Source: an uncultured Thermoplasmatales archaeon (GTDB lineage: Archaea > Thermoplasmatota > E2 > DHVEG-1). Taken from it: 64,000 bases of DNA. The notes beneath the pieces were generated by a model. It was not told where the DNA came from. It did no database searches and worked only from the letters and a program-made list of their open reading frames with translations. The stretch spans positions 9,508 through 73,507 of the forward strand of contig CAZUBH010000009.1 in assembly GCA_964618505.1 (NCBI GenBank), written 5' to 3'. The position numbers were made by a program, and so were the translations under genes. Of the stretch, positions 48,419 to 58,600 are shown one piece after another (position 1 is the stretch's first letter; each line of letters starts with the position of its first letter).

Positions 48419-50350
48419 ATGCTGAAGTTCGTAAAAATAATACTAGTAACCACATTAATATTCTGTTCTTCTCAAGTAGTTGCACTTAATCTTCAGAACG
48501 AAAAAAATGTTGTAGTTGAACAATTTGAATTAAGTTTTTCAGATGTAAAAATTTATGAAGAAAATAATTTTTGTTTTGTAGATTTAGTAGGAGAAAATGG
48601 ATTTATCTATAAATCTAGCGAACCGATGCTTCCTTTAATTAATAAGGAATTTACACTACCATTTGGAACTAAAATAAAACACATTGATATAGAAGTACAA
48701 AATACAAAAAAAATTCACCTTGAATATAAAATAATTCCTGCACCAAAACCAAAGATAAGAAATAATGATTATCAATCAAATGAAATTAAATTTGACAAAA
48801 ATACATATGCCAGTCACATTTACCCGGAGAATTGGTTTAATTTTATATCTGCTGGAGGTCTTGATAAAAACGGAAATCATTGTACTTTTCTTAATATAAA
48901 AATTTATCCAGTCAGATATCTTCCTAATTCAAATGAGATAATTTTTGCAAAAAATATCAAATTAAAAGTAACGTATCAAGTACCTGAAGAACCTATTTTG
49001 AAAAATGAAAATAAATATGATTTGGTAATAATAACACCTTCAAAGTTTTTATCTAGATTAGAAAAACTTAAAGATCATAAAAATGAAATAGGTATAAATA
49101 CAACAATTAAAACCGTTGAAGAGATATATGAAGAGTATCAAGGTGTTGATAAACCAGAACAAATAAAAAAATACATAAAAGATGCAATTGAAAAAATGGA
49201 TATTAAATATGTCCTGCTTGTTGGAGGGATGAAATCACTATTGTGGGGTACATCTAGAGATGACCAAAATCAAGGTAGTAAGGATTGGTATTTACCAGTT
49301 AGATACAGCAATATAATTGATGATTACAAACTATATGATCCTGGTTTTATAAGCGATTTATATTACGCAGACATTTATGATTCAGAAGGTAACTTTTCTA
49401 GCTGGGACTCAAATGAAGATGGTGTTTTTGGTAACTGGACAGATTTTTATGGAAGAGATATTATCGATCTTTATCCAGATATATATTTGGGCAGACTTCC
49501 ATGTAGAAATGAAATTGAAGTCGAAATAGTTGTAAACAAGATAATTAACTATGAATCAAATCCTTCAAAAAGTTGGTATGATAAAATTATTGCGGTTGGA
49601 GGAGACCCCCATGATGAAAATCTAACAAATTTTGCTGAAGGAGAACTTATTTGTGATAAGGCCCTCTCTTATATGAAAGATTTTGAGAAAGTTAAAATAT
49701 ATGCGTCAAATAAAGGAGAAAAAGACAATTTAACACCCCTTACAAGAAATATTGTTAGAGAGGTATCAAAAGGTTGTGGACATTTACTTCTTGATGGTCA
49801 CGCATCTCCTTACAGTTGGAATACTGGTTGGCTTGATTCGCCTGATGAGTTTATTAAAAACGGCGGACTTTCTATATTTAGCATGCCTTTTTTAAACAAC
49901 AAAGAAAAACTTCCAGTTGTTGTTATAGGAGGATGTCATGCAGGTCTTTTTAATGTAACTTTATTTTCAACATTAACAAGAAAATCATATACCTGGACTT
50001 ATGGAATGCCAACTCCAGAGTGTTGGGCATGGCAACTCACTAGAAAAATCGGTGGAGGCTCTATTGCAACTATTGCTACAACTGCACTTGGTTACGAAGC
50101 AGAAGGGGATTACTGTTATGATATTGATGGCGATGGAGTAAATGAGCCAGATTGTGTTGAAGCCCTTGGAGGATATATAGAAAGATGTTTTTATGAATCC
50201 TGTAATGAAAGCATTAATATACTAGGAATGCTATGGGGTAACACGATAAATAGATATCTTGACGTCTATCCTGGGATGAACCACCAGTGGGACGCAAAAA
50301 TTGTTGAGTCTTGGACGCTCTTAGGTGACCCCAGTTTAAAGATAGGATAA
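48419..50350 (+). CDS. C25 gingipain-like peptidase with propeptide
   Basis: SDLYYAD, GRLPCRN, DGHA, GGCH and LLGDPSLKIG motifs. Confidence 0.9.
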   Translation: MLKFVKIILVTTLIFCSSQVVALNLQNEKNVVVEQFELSFSDVKIYEENNFCFVDLVGENGFIYKSSEPMLPLINKEFTLPFGTKIKHIDIEVQNTKKIHLEYKIIPAPKPKIRNNDYQSNEIKFDKNTYASHIYPENWFNFISAGGLDKNGNHCTFLNIKIYPVRYLPNSNEIIFAKNIKLKVTYQVPEEPILKNENKYDLVIITPSKFLSRLEKLKDHKNEIGINTTIKTVEEIYEEYQGVDKPEQIKKYIKDAIEKMDIKYVLLVGGMKSLLWGTSRDDQNQGSKDWYLPVRYSNIIDDYKLYDPGFISDLYYADIYDSEGNFSSWDSNEDGVFGNWTDFYGRDIIDLYPDIYLGRLPCRNEIEVEIVVNKIINYESNPSKSWYDKIIAVGGDPHDENLTNFAEGELICDKALSYMKDFEKVKIYASNKGEKDNLTPLTRNIVREVSKGCGHLLLDGHASPYSWNTGWLDSPDEFIKNGGLSIFSMPFLNNKEKLPVVVIGGCHAGLFNVTLFSTLTRKSYTWTYGMPTPECWAWQLTRKIGGGSIATIATTALGYEAEGDYCYDIDGDGVNEPDCVEALGGYIERCFYESCNESINILGMLWGNTINRYLDVYPGMNHQWDAKIVESWTLLGDPSLKIG

Positions 50351-50369
50351 AAGATAGGGGAGGATAAGA

Positions 50370-51815
50370 GTGAAAGAAGCCGTATGCAAAAAGGCTAGTA
50401 CGATACTTTTAGCATTATTGCTATTTTTATTATCACTTTCACCCATCATAAATGCCCAAAATAGAGATAAAAATAAGTTTGATGATCAAAATCTAACTAC
50501 CGATTATGGTGGAAGTTTATACTACGATTTGATTATAATTACACCTGAAGAATTTGAAGTTGCTCTTGAGCCTCTTGTTCAACACAAATTTGAAGTGGGG
50601 ATAACTACAAAAATTGTTACATTAGATGAAATTTATTCAGATGAAGATAATTTAGGAAGAGACGAAGCAGAAAAAATAAAATATTTTATTAAATTTGCAA
50701 TTGAAGAGTGGCAAACAGAATATGTACTTCTTGTAGGTGGAAAAAAAGGGCAATTTAACACCTGGTATTTACCAATTAGATATGTCAATATGGATAATGA
50801 TTATGAATCTTGCTATATAAGTGATTTATATTTTGCAGACATTTATGATTCAGAAGGTAATTTCTCATCATGGGATTCTGATGGCGATAGTATCTTTGGA
50901 GAATGGTATTTTGAAGAGGTTGCCGAAGATAAGAATATTGATTTATATCCTGATGTTGCTGTTGGAAGACTTCCTTGCAGAAATAAATTTGAAGTGAAAA
51001 TCGTCACAAAAAAAATAATTGATTATGAAAGATATACATATGGGCAGTCCTGGTTTTATAATTTAGCAATATTTGCAGGAGATACAATGCCTAGTTTGAG
51101 ACTACTAATTGAAGACCCAAGTTATGAAGGAGAAGAATATGGAAATATTGTAATTGACAATATGCCAGATTTTGATCCAGATCCTCATTATACTTCAGAC
51201 GGGACTTTTAATGGATTATTAGACGTGGTAAAAGCTTTTAACAAAGGATGTGGTTTTGCTTATTTTGCAGGCCATGGAAGCCCTCAACTATGGGGAACAT
51301 ACAAACCAGAGGATGAAAATCAACTTATTGTTGGATTGACTGTTCAAAGTGTTCCATTATTATCAAATATTAGAAAACTACCAATATGTGTATTGAGTGG
51401 TTGTCACTGCTGTCAATTTGATGTTTCAATATTTAAAATTTTTCAAAGAATACCTAGACAAAGGATGGAAGCAACTTTTGAATGTCTGGGTTGGAAACTT
51501 ACAAGAAAAGCGGGCGGGGGTTCTATTGCCACAATAGGCTGTACAGGACTTGGATATATTAAAGAAGATAAGCAGTCTTTTGAGGGTGGTGGAAATGAGC
51601 TTGAAGTTGAATTTTTTAAACAACATGGTACAGAAAAAGTAAAAGTACTTGGGGATGCTTGGGAAAATGCAATAAGCTGGTACATTGACACATATCCTGT
51701 TGATTGGAATACTCAATCTGTCAGCGATTCTTGGATTGATGCTCAAGTTGTCGAATCATGGGTTTTGTTTGGCGATCCTAGCCTTAGAATAGGTGGCTAT
51801 AAAGATTCTTATTGA
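50370..51815 (+). CDS. C25 gingipain-like peptidase without long propeptide
   Basis: Signal peptide, SDLYFAD, GRLPCRN, AGHG, SGCH and LFGDPSL motifs. Confidence 0.9.
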   Translation: MKEAVCKKASTILLALLLFLLSLSPIINAQNRDKNKFDDQNLTTDYGGSLYYDLIIITPEEFEVALEPLVQHKFEVGITTKIVTLDEIYSDEDNLGRDEAEKIKYFIKFAIEEWQTEYVLLVGGKKGQFNTWYLPIRYVNMDNDYESCYISDLYFADIYDSEGNFSSWDSDGDSIFGEWYFEEVAEDKNIDLYPDVAVGRLPCRNKFEVKIVTKKIIDYERYTYGQSWFYNLAIFAGDTMPSLRLLIEDPSYEGEEYGNIVIDNMPDFDPDPHYTSDGTFNGLLDVVKAFNKGCGFAYFAGHGSPQLWGTYKPEDENQLIVGLTVQSVPLLSNIRKLPICVLSGCHCCQFDVSIFKIFQRIPRQRMEATFECLGWKLTRKAGGGSIATIGCTGLGYIKEDKQSFEGGGNELEVEFFKQHGTEKVKVLGDAWENAISWYIDTYPVDWNTQSVSDSWIDAQVVESWVLFGDPSLRIGGYKDSY

Positions 51816-52780
51816 ACCTCAGGCATATAATGCATTTTGTAAACTTTTATTGCATAAATATATTTATAATTTTTAATAGCACCTGGGAACTTTTCGATCA
51901 TATCTTCCATTGTTTGATGAAAATCATTTACACTTTTTAGATGAAACTCCATTTCTAAATCTGAAACTCCTGCAGATTCATCAACAATAATTAAATGAGG
52001 ATTTCTCTTCATATATTCTATAATTTTTTCTCTTTGGTTATAATCTTTCAGATCGATGTCGACTTTAAACCATCTATAACCTAGTTTTGAAATGTTAAGA
52101 TTAATTCTATAACCTTGAATAACATCAAGTTTTGTTAGTTTTTTCAATCTGTGGTTTATTACAGTAACTGATGTGTCTAGTTGTTTTGCTATTTCTGTAA
52201 TAGGCATTCTAGCATTTGGTGCAATCAATTTTAATATTTGAAAATCAAGTGCGTCTGTTTCAACTCTTCTCCCACCTCCAGTAATTTCAAATTTTTTCCT
52301 GTCAGATTCTTTATATTGATCCAACAAGTAAGAGTATCTATGTAGATATATTTGAACATAAATAGAAAAAACTTGATCCTGCAGATAGTTTCTATATTTT
52401 TTTAGGGTTTGTTTCCAAAACATGTAAAAATCATTCAGATCTTTAACCCACATTATTACAGCTAAATCAAATCTGCCTTCAAAAGAACCGACCCACCATG
52501 TTAATTTATTAGAACAGAAATACTCAGCAATTTCTTTTTCAATTGCTGGTGTTGTATATTGGAAAGTCAGATAAAATCTCAAACTTGTATATCCTAGTTT
52601 GAACGCATCAATTACAGTATAAAAACTATTTATTATTTCTTTTTCTTTTAATTTGTTTATTCGATAAGCAACAACATTTTTTGGGAGGCCTACTTTTTTA
52701 CCTATTTGAGAAAGAGACTGTCTAGAGTTTATATCTAATTGGTATAAAATTTTCCTATCTTTCAAGTCAATTTTTACCAT
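51809..52780 (-). CDS. Tandem-duplicated Lrp/AsnC transcriptional regulator
   Basis: Two HTH units (DLKDRKIL..L..NSR; DALDFQIL..I..NAR), each followed by a RAM-like domain. Confidence 0.9.
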   Translation of the reverse strand: MVKIDLKDRKILYQLDINSRQSLSQIGKKVGLPKNVVAYRINKLKEKEIINSFYTVIDAFKLGYTSLRFYLTFQYTTPAIEKEIAEYFCSNKLTWWVGSFEGRFDLAVIMWVKDLNDFYMFWKQTLKKYRNYLQDQVFSIYVQIYLHRYSYLLDQYKESDRKKFEITGGGRRVETDALDFQILKLIAPNARMPITEIAKQLDTSVTVINHRLKKLTKLDVIQGYRINLNISKLGYRWFKVDIDLKDYNQREKIIEYMKRNPHLIIVDESAGVSDLEMEFHLKSVNDFHQTMEDMIEKFPGAIKNYKYIYAIKVYKMHYMPEVQ

Positions 52781-52885
52781 GGTTTTGTACATAAGCATTA
52801 TTTATTTATAAATGTTTACCATTTTGTACAACTTTTAGATGAGAATTATTATATTTTATCATTTACTATTAATTATTGTCACCTG

Positions 52886-53009
52886 AACAGTATTTCGGAA
52901 TATAATAAGGGGGAAAATAGAAAAAAGTTGGACTAAAAACCTTCCTATGCGATATCCTCTCCTTGTGTTTATTGCTAGGACGTTCATTTTAACTCTCCGA
53001 AATACTGTT
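52886..53009. repeat. Perfect 14-bp inverted repeat (AACAGTATTTCGGA / TCCGAAATACTGTT) with 96-bp spacer
   Basis: Arms at 52886-52899 and 52996-53009. Confidence 0.8.
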
Positions 53010-53089
53010 TAATCCTCTCTTTGGTTCTTTAAAAAATTGTTAATTATATTAACCAAGTTTTCATTATGATTTTTTATATAATATAATAA

Positions 53090-54157
53090 GTGAAATACAT
53101 TATGAATTATGAACTAAAGAAATTTAAGGAGCTAAAACGAGATTATGATTATTTTGTAATTGGTGCTGATGTTGGTGGAACCAATACCAGAATAGCAATT
53201 GCAGGAGTTAGTGATAAACCAGATCTACTTTTTTCATTAAATTTTAAAACAAATGAATTAAAATCAATTATTCCTGCTTTAAATTTTACACTAAAGTATT
53301 GTAAAGACAAATTCAACTTTTCAATAGAAAATGCAGTAATAGGAGCATCGGGAATTATTTCGCCTCTAAAAGATTGTATATCTCTCACTAACGCAAATTG
53401 GAAAATCAGCCATGAAGAAATATTAAACAAAACAAATCTGTCATCTATTAAAATACTAAATGATTTTCAATTAGTTGGATTTGGCTTAAATCTAATAGAT
53501 GAAAATAAAGATATACTTGTAGTTAGAGAAAATAATAAAATTTCTAAAGAAACTACTAAAGCTATAATAGGTGCAGGTACTGGTCTTGGAAAAACAATAC
53601 TTTATTATGATTCGTCTAAAAAGATTTATATCCCACTACCAACAGAAGGGGGACATTCAGATTTCCCTATACAAAATAAATATGAAGAAAAACTAGTAGA
53701 ATTTATAAAAAAACAAAGAAAAATAAAAACCTCAATAAGTTACGAAGATTTACTTTCCGGACGAGGTCTAGAAAACATTTACAATTTTATTAGACATAAT
53801 GAAGAGTTTGAAGAAAGTAAATTTACAAAAGAAGTAAATAATGCAAAAGACAAAGCACAAATAATATCAAAATACAAAAATATTGATGTAACCTGTAAAA
53901 AAACATTTGAATTGTTTGCAAAGTTTTATGGCAGATGTGCAAAAAATTTTGTATTGGATACTTTATCATTTGGGGGACTTTATATGGCTGGAGGAATAGC
54001 AAGTAAAAGCAAGGATATTTTTCGTACAAAACATTTTATCGATGAATTTGAAAAATCAGAAGTTAGAAAGGATTTTTTAAAAAATATACCAATTTATGTA
54101 ATTTTAAATTATGATATTAGCTTATTTGGAGCCTGCTTTGCAGCAACTATTGATTAA
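53090..54157 (+). CDS. glk: Bacterial-type ATP glucokinase
   Basis: ADVGGTNTR, LNDF, GAGTGLG, EGGH, EDLLSGRGL and GGLYMAGGI motifs. Confidence 0.9.
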   Translation: MKYIMNYELKKFKELKRDYDYFVIGADVGGTNTRIAIAGVSDKPDLLFSLNFKTNELKSIIPALNFTLKYCKDKFNFSIENAVIGASGIISPLKDCISLTNANWKISHEEILNKTNLSSIKILNDFQLVGFGLNLIDENKDILVVRENNKISKETTKAIIGAGTGLGKTILYYDSSKKIYIPLPTEGGHSDFPIQNKYEEKLVEFIKKQRKIKTSISYEDLLSGRGLENIYNFIRHNEEFEESKFTKEVNNAKDKAQIISKYKNIDVTCKKTFELFAKFYGRCAKNFVLDTLSFGGLYMAGGIASKSKDIFRTKHFIDEFEKSEVRKDFLKNIPIYVILNYDISLFGACFAATID

Positions 54158-54160
54158 AAA

Positions 54161-54829
54161 ATGATAGAAATGAATAAAATTATATTTGATGATAAAAACC
54201 ATTACTTCACCGTTGCAAATTTAATTAAAAATGCAATAAATGAAATTAACAAAAATGAAGTATTATTAGGTCTACCTGGTGGCAGAAGTATTGGTCCTGT
54301 TTTAGAAAAATTAAAAAAAGAAAAAATTGACTGGGAAAAAATACACATATTCTTGATTGATGAAAGACGTTGTCCAATTAATAACAAAGAAAGTAATTTT
54401 AGATTGATAAAAGAATCATTAGATGGAGCAGTAAAAAAAGAAAATCTTCATCCTTTTATAATTGGTAGTTTAGATATAAAAAATTATGAAGAAGAACTAA
54501 AAGAATTTGGTAGAAGTTATGACATATCTGTATTGAGCTCAGGAGAAGATGGCCATATAGCATCACTATATCCCAATCACCCATCCATTATGGACGAATC
54601 AAGATATTTCATAGATGTAAAAAATTCGCCAAAGCCTCCTCCGAATCGTATTAGCATTTCAAAAAATATGCTTTTAAGATCAAAAATAGGTATTTTGATG
54701 TTTTTTGGAGAAAGTAAAATAAATGCTTATAAAAATTTTTTAGATTCAAAGATTGACTATACAAAATGTCCAGCAAAATTGGTAAAAGACATCACTAAAC
54801 ATCATATAATTACAAATTTAAAAATCTAA
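54161..54829 (+). CDS. pgl: 6-phosphogluconolactonase
   Basis: GGRS, DERR, SNF, GEDGHIASL and PKPPP.RIS motifs. Confidence 0.85.
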   Translation: MIEMNKIIFDDKNHYFTVANLIKNAINEINKNEVLLGLPGGRSIGPVLEKLKKEKIDWEKIHIFLIDERRCPINNKESNFRLIKESLDGAVKKENLHPFIIGSLDIKNYEEELKEFGRSYDISVLSSGEDGHIASLYPNHPSIMDESRYFIDVKNSPKPPPNRISISKNMLLRSKIGILMFFGESKINAYKNFLDSKIDYTKCPAKLVKDITKHHIITNLKI

Positions 54830-54845
54830 GTCTAAGGCGTTTAAT

Positions 54846-55475
54846 ATGAAAAAATTCATAATTCCTGCAATTATTGCAAAAACACAATCTGAGTTTGAAA
54901 AAAATATTATTAAAGTAAAGGATTTTGTAGAAATAATTCAACTTGATTTTATGGACAATATATTCGTACCGAATAGCTCTATTGATTTTGATTTTAATAT
55001 TCCTGAATCTAATTGCAGTTACGAAGCACATTTAATGGTTTCAAAACCTGAAGAATGGATACAAAAAAACGGTCCTAAGGTTGATACAATACTTGTACAT
55101 TATGAGTCCTGTAAAGATGTAGATTTAATAATTGAAAAAGTGAGAAAATTAAATAAAAAAATAGGTTTTGTATTAAATCCTGAGACTTCCTTGGAAGTTT
55201 TATCAGATATTATTGATAGAATAGATCAGGTTTTATTGATGACTGTAAACCCCGGATTTTACGGAAGTTCTTTTCTTCCAGAAATAGTTGAAAAAATATC
55301 AGATTTAAGAAAAATGAAAGCAAAACTGGATATCGAAGTTGACGGTGGAATCACTGATAAAACAATAAATCTTGTAAATAAAGCTGGAGCAAATATGTTT
55401 GTATCAGGATCTTATATAGTAAAATCCAACAGTCCAGATAAAGCAATTGAAAAATTGAAAAAGAAAATCATTTAA
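54846..55475 (+). CDS. rpe: Ribulose-phosphate 3-epimerase
   Basis: DFMD..FVP, HLMV, MTVNPGF.G and IEVDGGI motifs. Confidence 0.93.
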   Translation: MKKFIIPAIIAKTQSEFEKNIIKVKDFVEIIQLDFMDNIFVPNSSIDFDFNIPESNCSYEAHLMVSKPEEWIQKNGPKVDTILVHYESCKDVDLIIEKVRKLNKKIGFVLNPETSLEVLSDIIDRIDQVLLMTVNPGFYGSSFLPEIVEKISDLRKMKAKLDIEVDGGITDKTINLVNKAGANMFVSGSYIVKSNSPDKAIEKLKKKII

Positions 55476-55687
55476 ATAATATTTAATAATTTTAAAAAAT
55501 AATTAGATTATTTATTATAATTAATTGATAATATAATATAATTACAAAATTAATTACATTAAATTTGTACGAATAAAAATTTATTTTTATATTTTTCTAA
55601 CAAATATACAAAAAAACAATCGCAAGTATTATAAATAATTAATTACAAATATATATAGTGAAGGTATTTTAAACGGAGGAAAAGATA

Positions 55688-58600
55688 ATGGGGAAAAATA
55701 CAAAACAATTTTTAAAGGCAGGTCTAAATAGAAAAAATATTTCAATTATGGTTGTTCTATGCTTGTTTTTAGCATCAATGCCTGGGGCTTTATCTGTAAA
55801 TTTTGCATTAAATGAAAAAAAAGCAGATGAAAATATCAAATTGATTGATTTTACTTTTTCAACACCAACTATTATTGAAGACGAAGAATATTCTAAAATA
55901 ATTGTTGATGACTTAGATTTAATACTGCGGCAAGGAGAGCCGCAATTACCATCTATATCTTATAGGCTAGCTTTACCTTTAGGAGCAAAGAATATTAACC
56001 TTGATTTTAGTCATTCAAATATTAAAAAAATTAATTTAGAAAAACCTTTGATTCCAGGCCCCGTATCTGAATTACTTGATCTAGCAGAAAAACCAATAAA
56101 CAAAAAATTATCTGAAATATTTTACAAAGGATTTGGTCAATTAAATCACAACATAGACACAGATGGATTTAAAGAAGAAATATATAATTCAAATGAGCCT
56201 TATGGAGAATTTTCATCATATGACATATTTGTAGGAAGAGATGCTGATGGAGAATTGAAAACATTCGTTCTTGCAAGAATTATGCCATGTGTTCTTACAA
56301 ATCCTGCTAAAGGTCAATTAGAATATATAAACCAAGCAGAAATAAAAGTTAGTTATGAAAATCCTCAAACAACACCAATAAAAACAGAAGAATATGACTT
56401 ATTAATTATTACTGCAAATGCATATGAAAAGATTCTTGACGATCTTGTAGATCATAAAGAAGATGTAGGTTTTTCACCAATTCTTGTAACATTAGATGAA
56501 ATATATGATGAAGATTATTTTGATTTACCAGAAGATTTAAGAGATAATCAGGAAAAAATAAAATACTTTATTTACAAATCAATATTTGAATGGGGTGTTG
56601 ATTATGTACTAGCTGTTGGTGGGTTTAGAACATTTTTTGGACTTGATAAACCAGATTATCAATTCCCAATAAGAGTATCTCATGTTTACGATACAGAACC
56701 TACTTATGTCTGCGATCAGTATTATTCATGTTGCGTAAAAGAAGAAAATGAATTTGATACATGGGATACGAATCTCAACGATAGATTTGCAGAGTGGGAC
56801 TTACATGGTTGGGATGTGTATGATCCATATCCAGATGTATTTTTTGGGAGACTTGCATGTAGAAACAAAATTGAAGTAAAAACAATGGTTGAAAAGATTA
56901 TAAACTATGAAACTGAAACATTCGGTGAAGAGTGGTTTAATAAGATGATATCAGTAACTGGAGATGGATTCCAGGATTTAACATCACTAGATACTCTTGT
57001 CAAATGGGACATTAGCGGTCTTTCTGATGGAGAATATACAATATTTTCACAGAGTCAGTTGATGAATGACCCTGATATAAAAGGAAACATAGATAGAGTA
57101 AATATAACAATAAATAGAGATGAACCATCCCAAGTTACATTTGGAGAACAAGATCATTTACCTGGAAAGGTTTTACCCATTGACGATAGTGATAATGTAT
57201 TTCCTTATTGCTATCCTGGTTATCCAGTTGCTGAAATTGTTGTTCCAGACGATGGAAATAATTTAGGTTCTACAGATGTTCCCAGATATGTTCCACCAGA
57301 AGCTTATGAAGGTGATAGATGGGCAACAGTTGAATTTGATGTCGATGAAGAAGTTTTAGATATTAGAGTAAAATCTTATGATCCGACACCTCACGCACTT
57401 CATAATGAGGGCGATTCAGGTTGGAGAGAAGGTTCCAAAACAAGATATGAAGTGTGGGTTGAAAATGATGAAGGCAGTGAAGTATTTCATTCTGATCTTA
57501 TAGATTCATTTTGCTACTGGGAAGGAGAAATAGAAGGCGAGCAGGCATTAATATATGCAAACGGTGGAACATACGGCGGAACATCAGTAGATGACGGGCA
57601 ATTTAATAACACTAGAATATGGACTTCAAATGGTAATTGGGTCAACATTTGGGACGTATTAAACGCCTTTAGTGAAGGCTATGGTCTCGCATATATAAAT
57701 GGTCATAGTTCATGTATGTCTTTTGGAGATCATTTTCCTGGAATTCCAGGCGGTAGATTGCATGCTCAAATTAGCGGGCTTGCTACAATTCATTTACAAT
57801 CAGGACTAGAAAGATATCAAGCGAATGAAGAAGAGCCGATATTTCCAATGAGGTTTTTAGAAAATGGAGATAAACTACCTGTACTTCTTTACAGCGGATG
57901 TCACAGTGGTCAATTTGACACGAGCCTCATGTCAATTTTATATGACCCATATAATGTATTAATAGGGGATAGATATGGTACATGGACTCCTGAAGGTGTG
58001 GCATGGTGGATAACTCGTCTTAAAGACGGTGGCTCAATTGCTACAATTGGAAATACAGGATACGGATCAGGATATATTGGGAGTAATATTTTATCCGGTT
58101 TAACAGGTTGGTTATTCCCAAGATTCTTCTATAATTACAATGGTGAAGATGGGCCCCATCTAGATATACTCGGACAAGTACATGTACAAACATTAAATGA
58201 TTACCATGAAAAAGATGATGCTATAACTGATAAAACAGTAAGAAAACATTGGGAACAATGGGTTCTATTGGGAGATCCCAGCTTAAAGATAGGTGGTTAT
58301 GATCAAAAAAATCGCGGAAATGACAATGAAGATATTTTGGAAAAACAAGAAAACCGGGAAAGTTTAGACTTATGGATTAACAATAAAATAGATTATTCAG
58401 ACAATCAGTTGACAAGAGGTGATTTTTACAAAGTAACTTCCAACGAAGGTCCAGATACCAATCCAAGCGATATAATATCAAGTGGTGACGGAGAAATCGT
58501 AGTAGGTTATTCATATGAAACACCAACTGGAGATATTCACCCAGGATTTGCATATTCAACTGGAGGCTCTCTATGGCAAGAAATTATTTGGGCAAATCCC

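Noticed and set aside
40688-49407. C25 repeat blocks as the template/variable repeats of a diversity-generating retroelement
   Set aside because: Mismatches are C/T at synonymous sites rather than adenine-specific, and no reverse transcriptase is in the window.
55476-55687. Very AT-rich intergenic tract with AATTA-like words as a replication origin
   Set aside because: No ORB-like G-string repeats or cdc6/orc1 neighbour; consistent with an ordinary promoter region.
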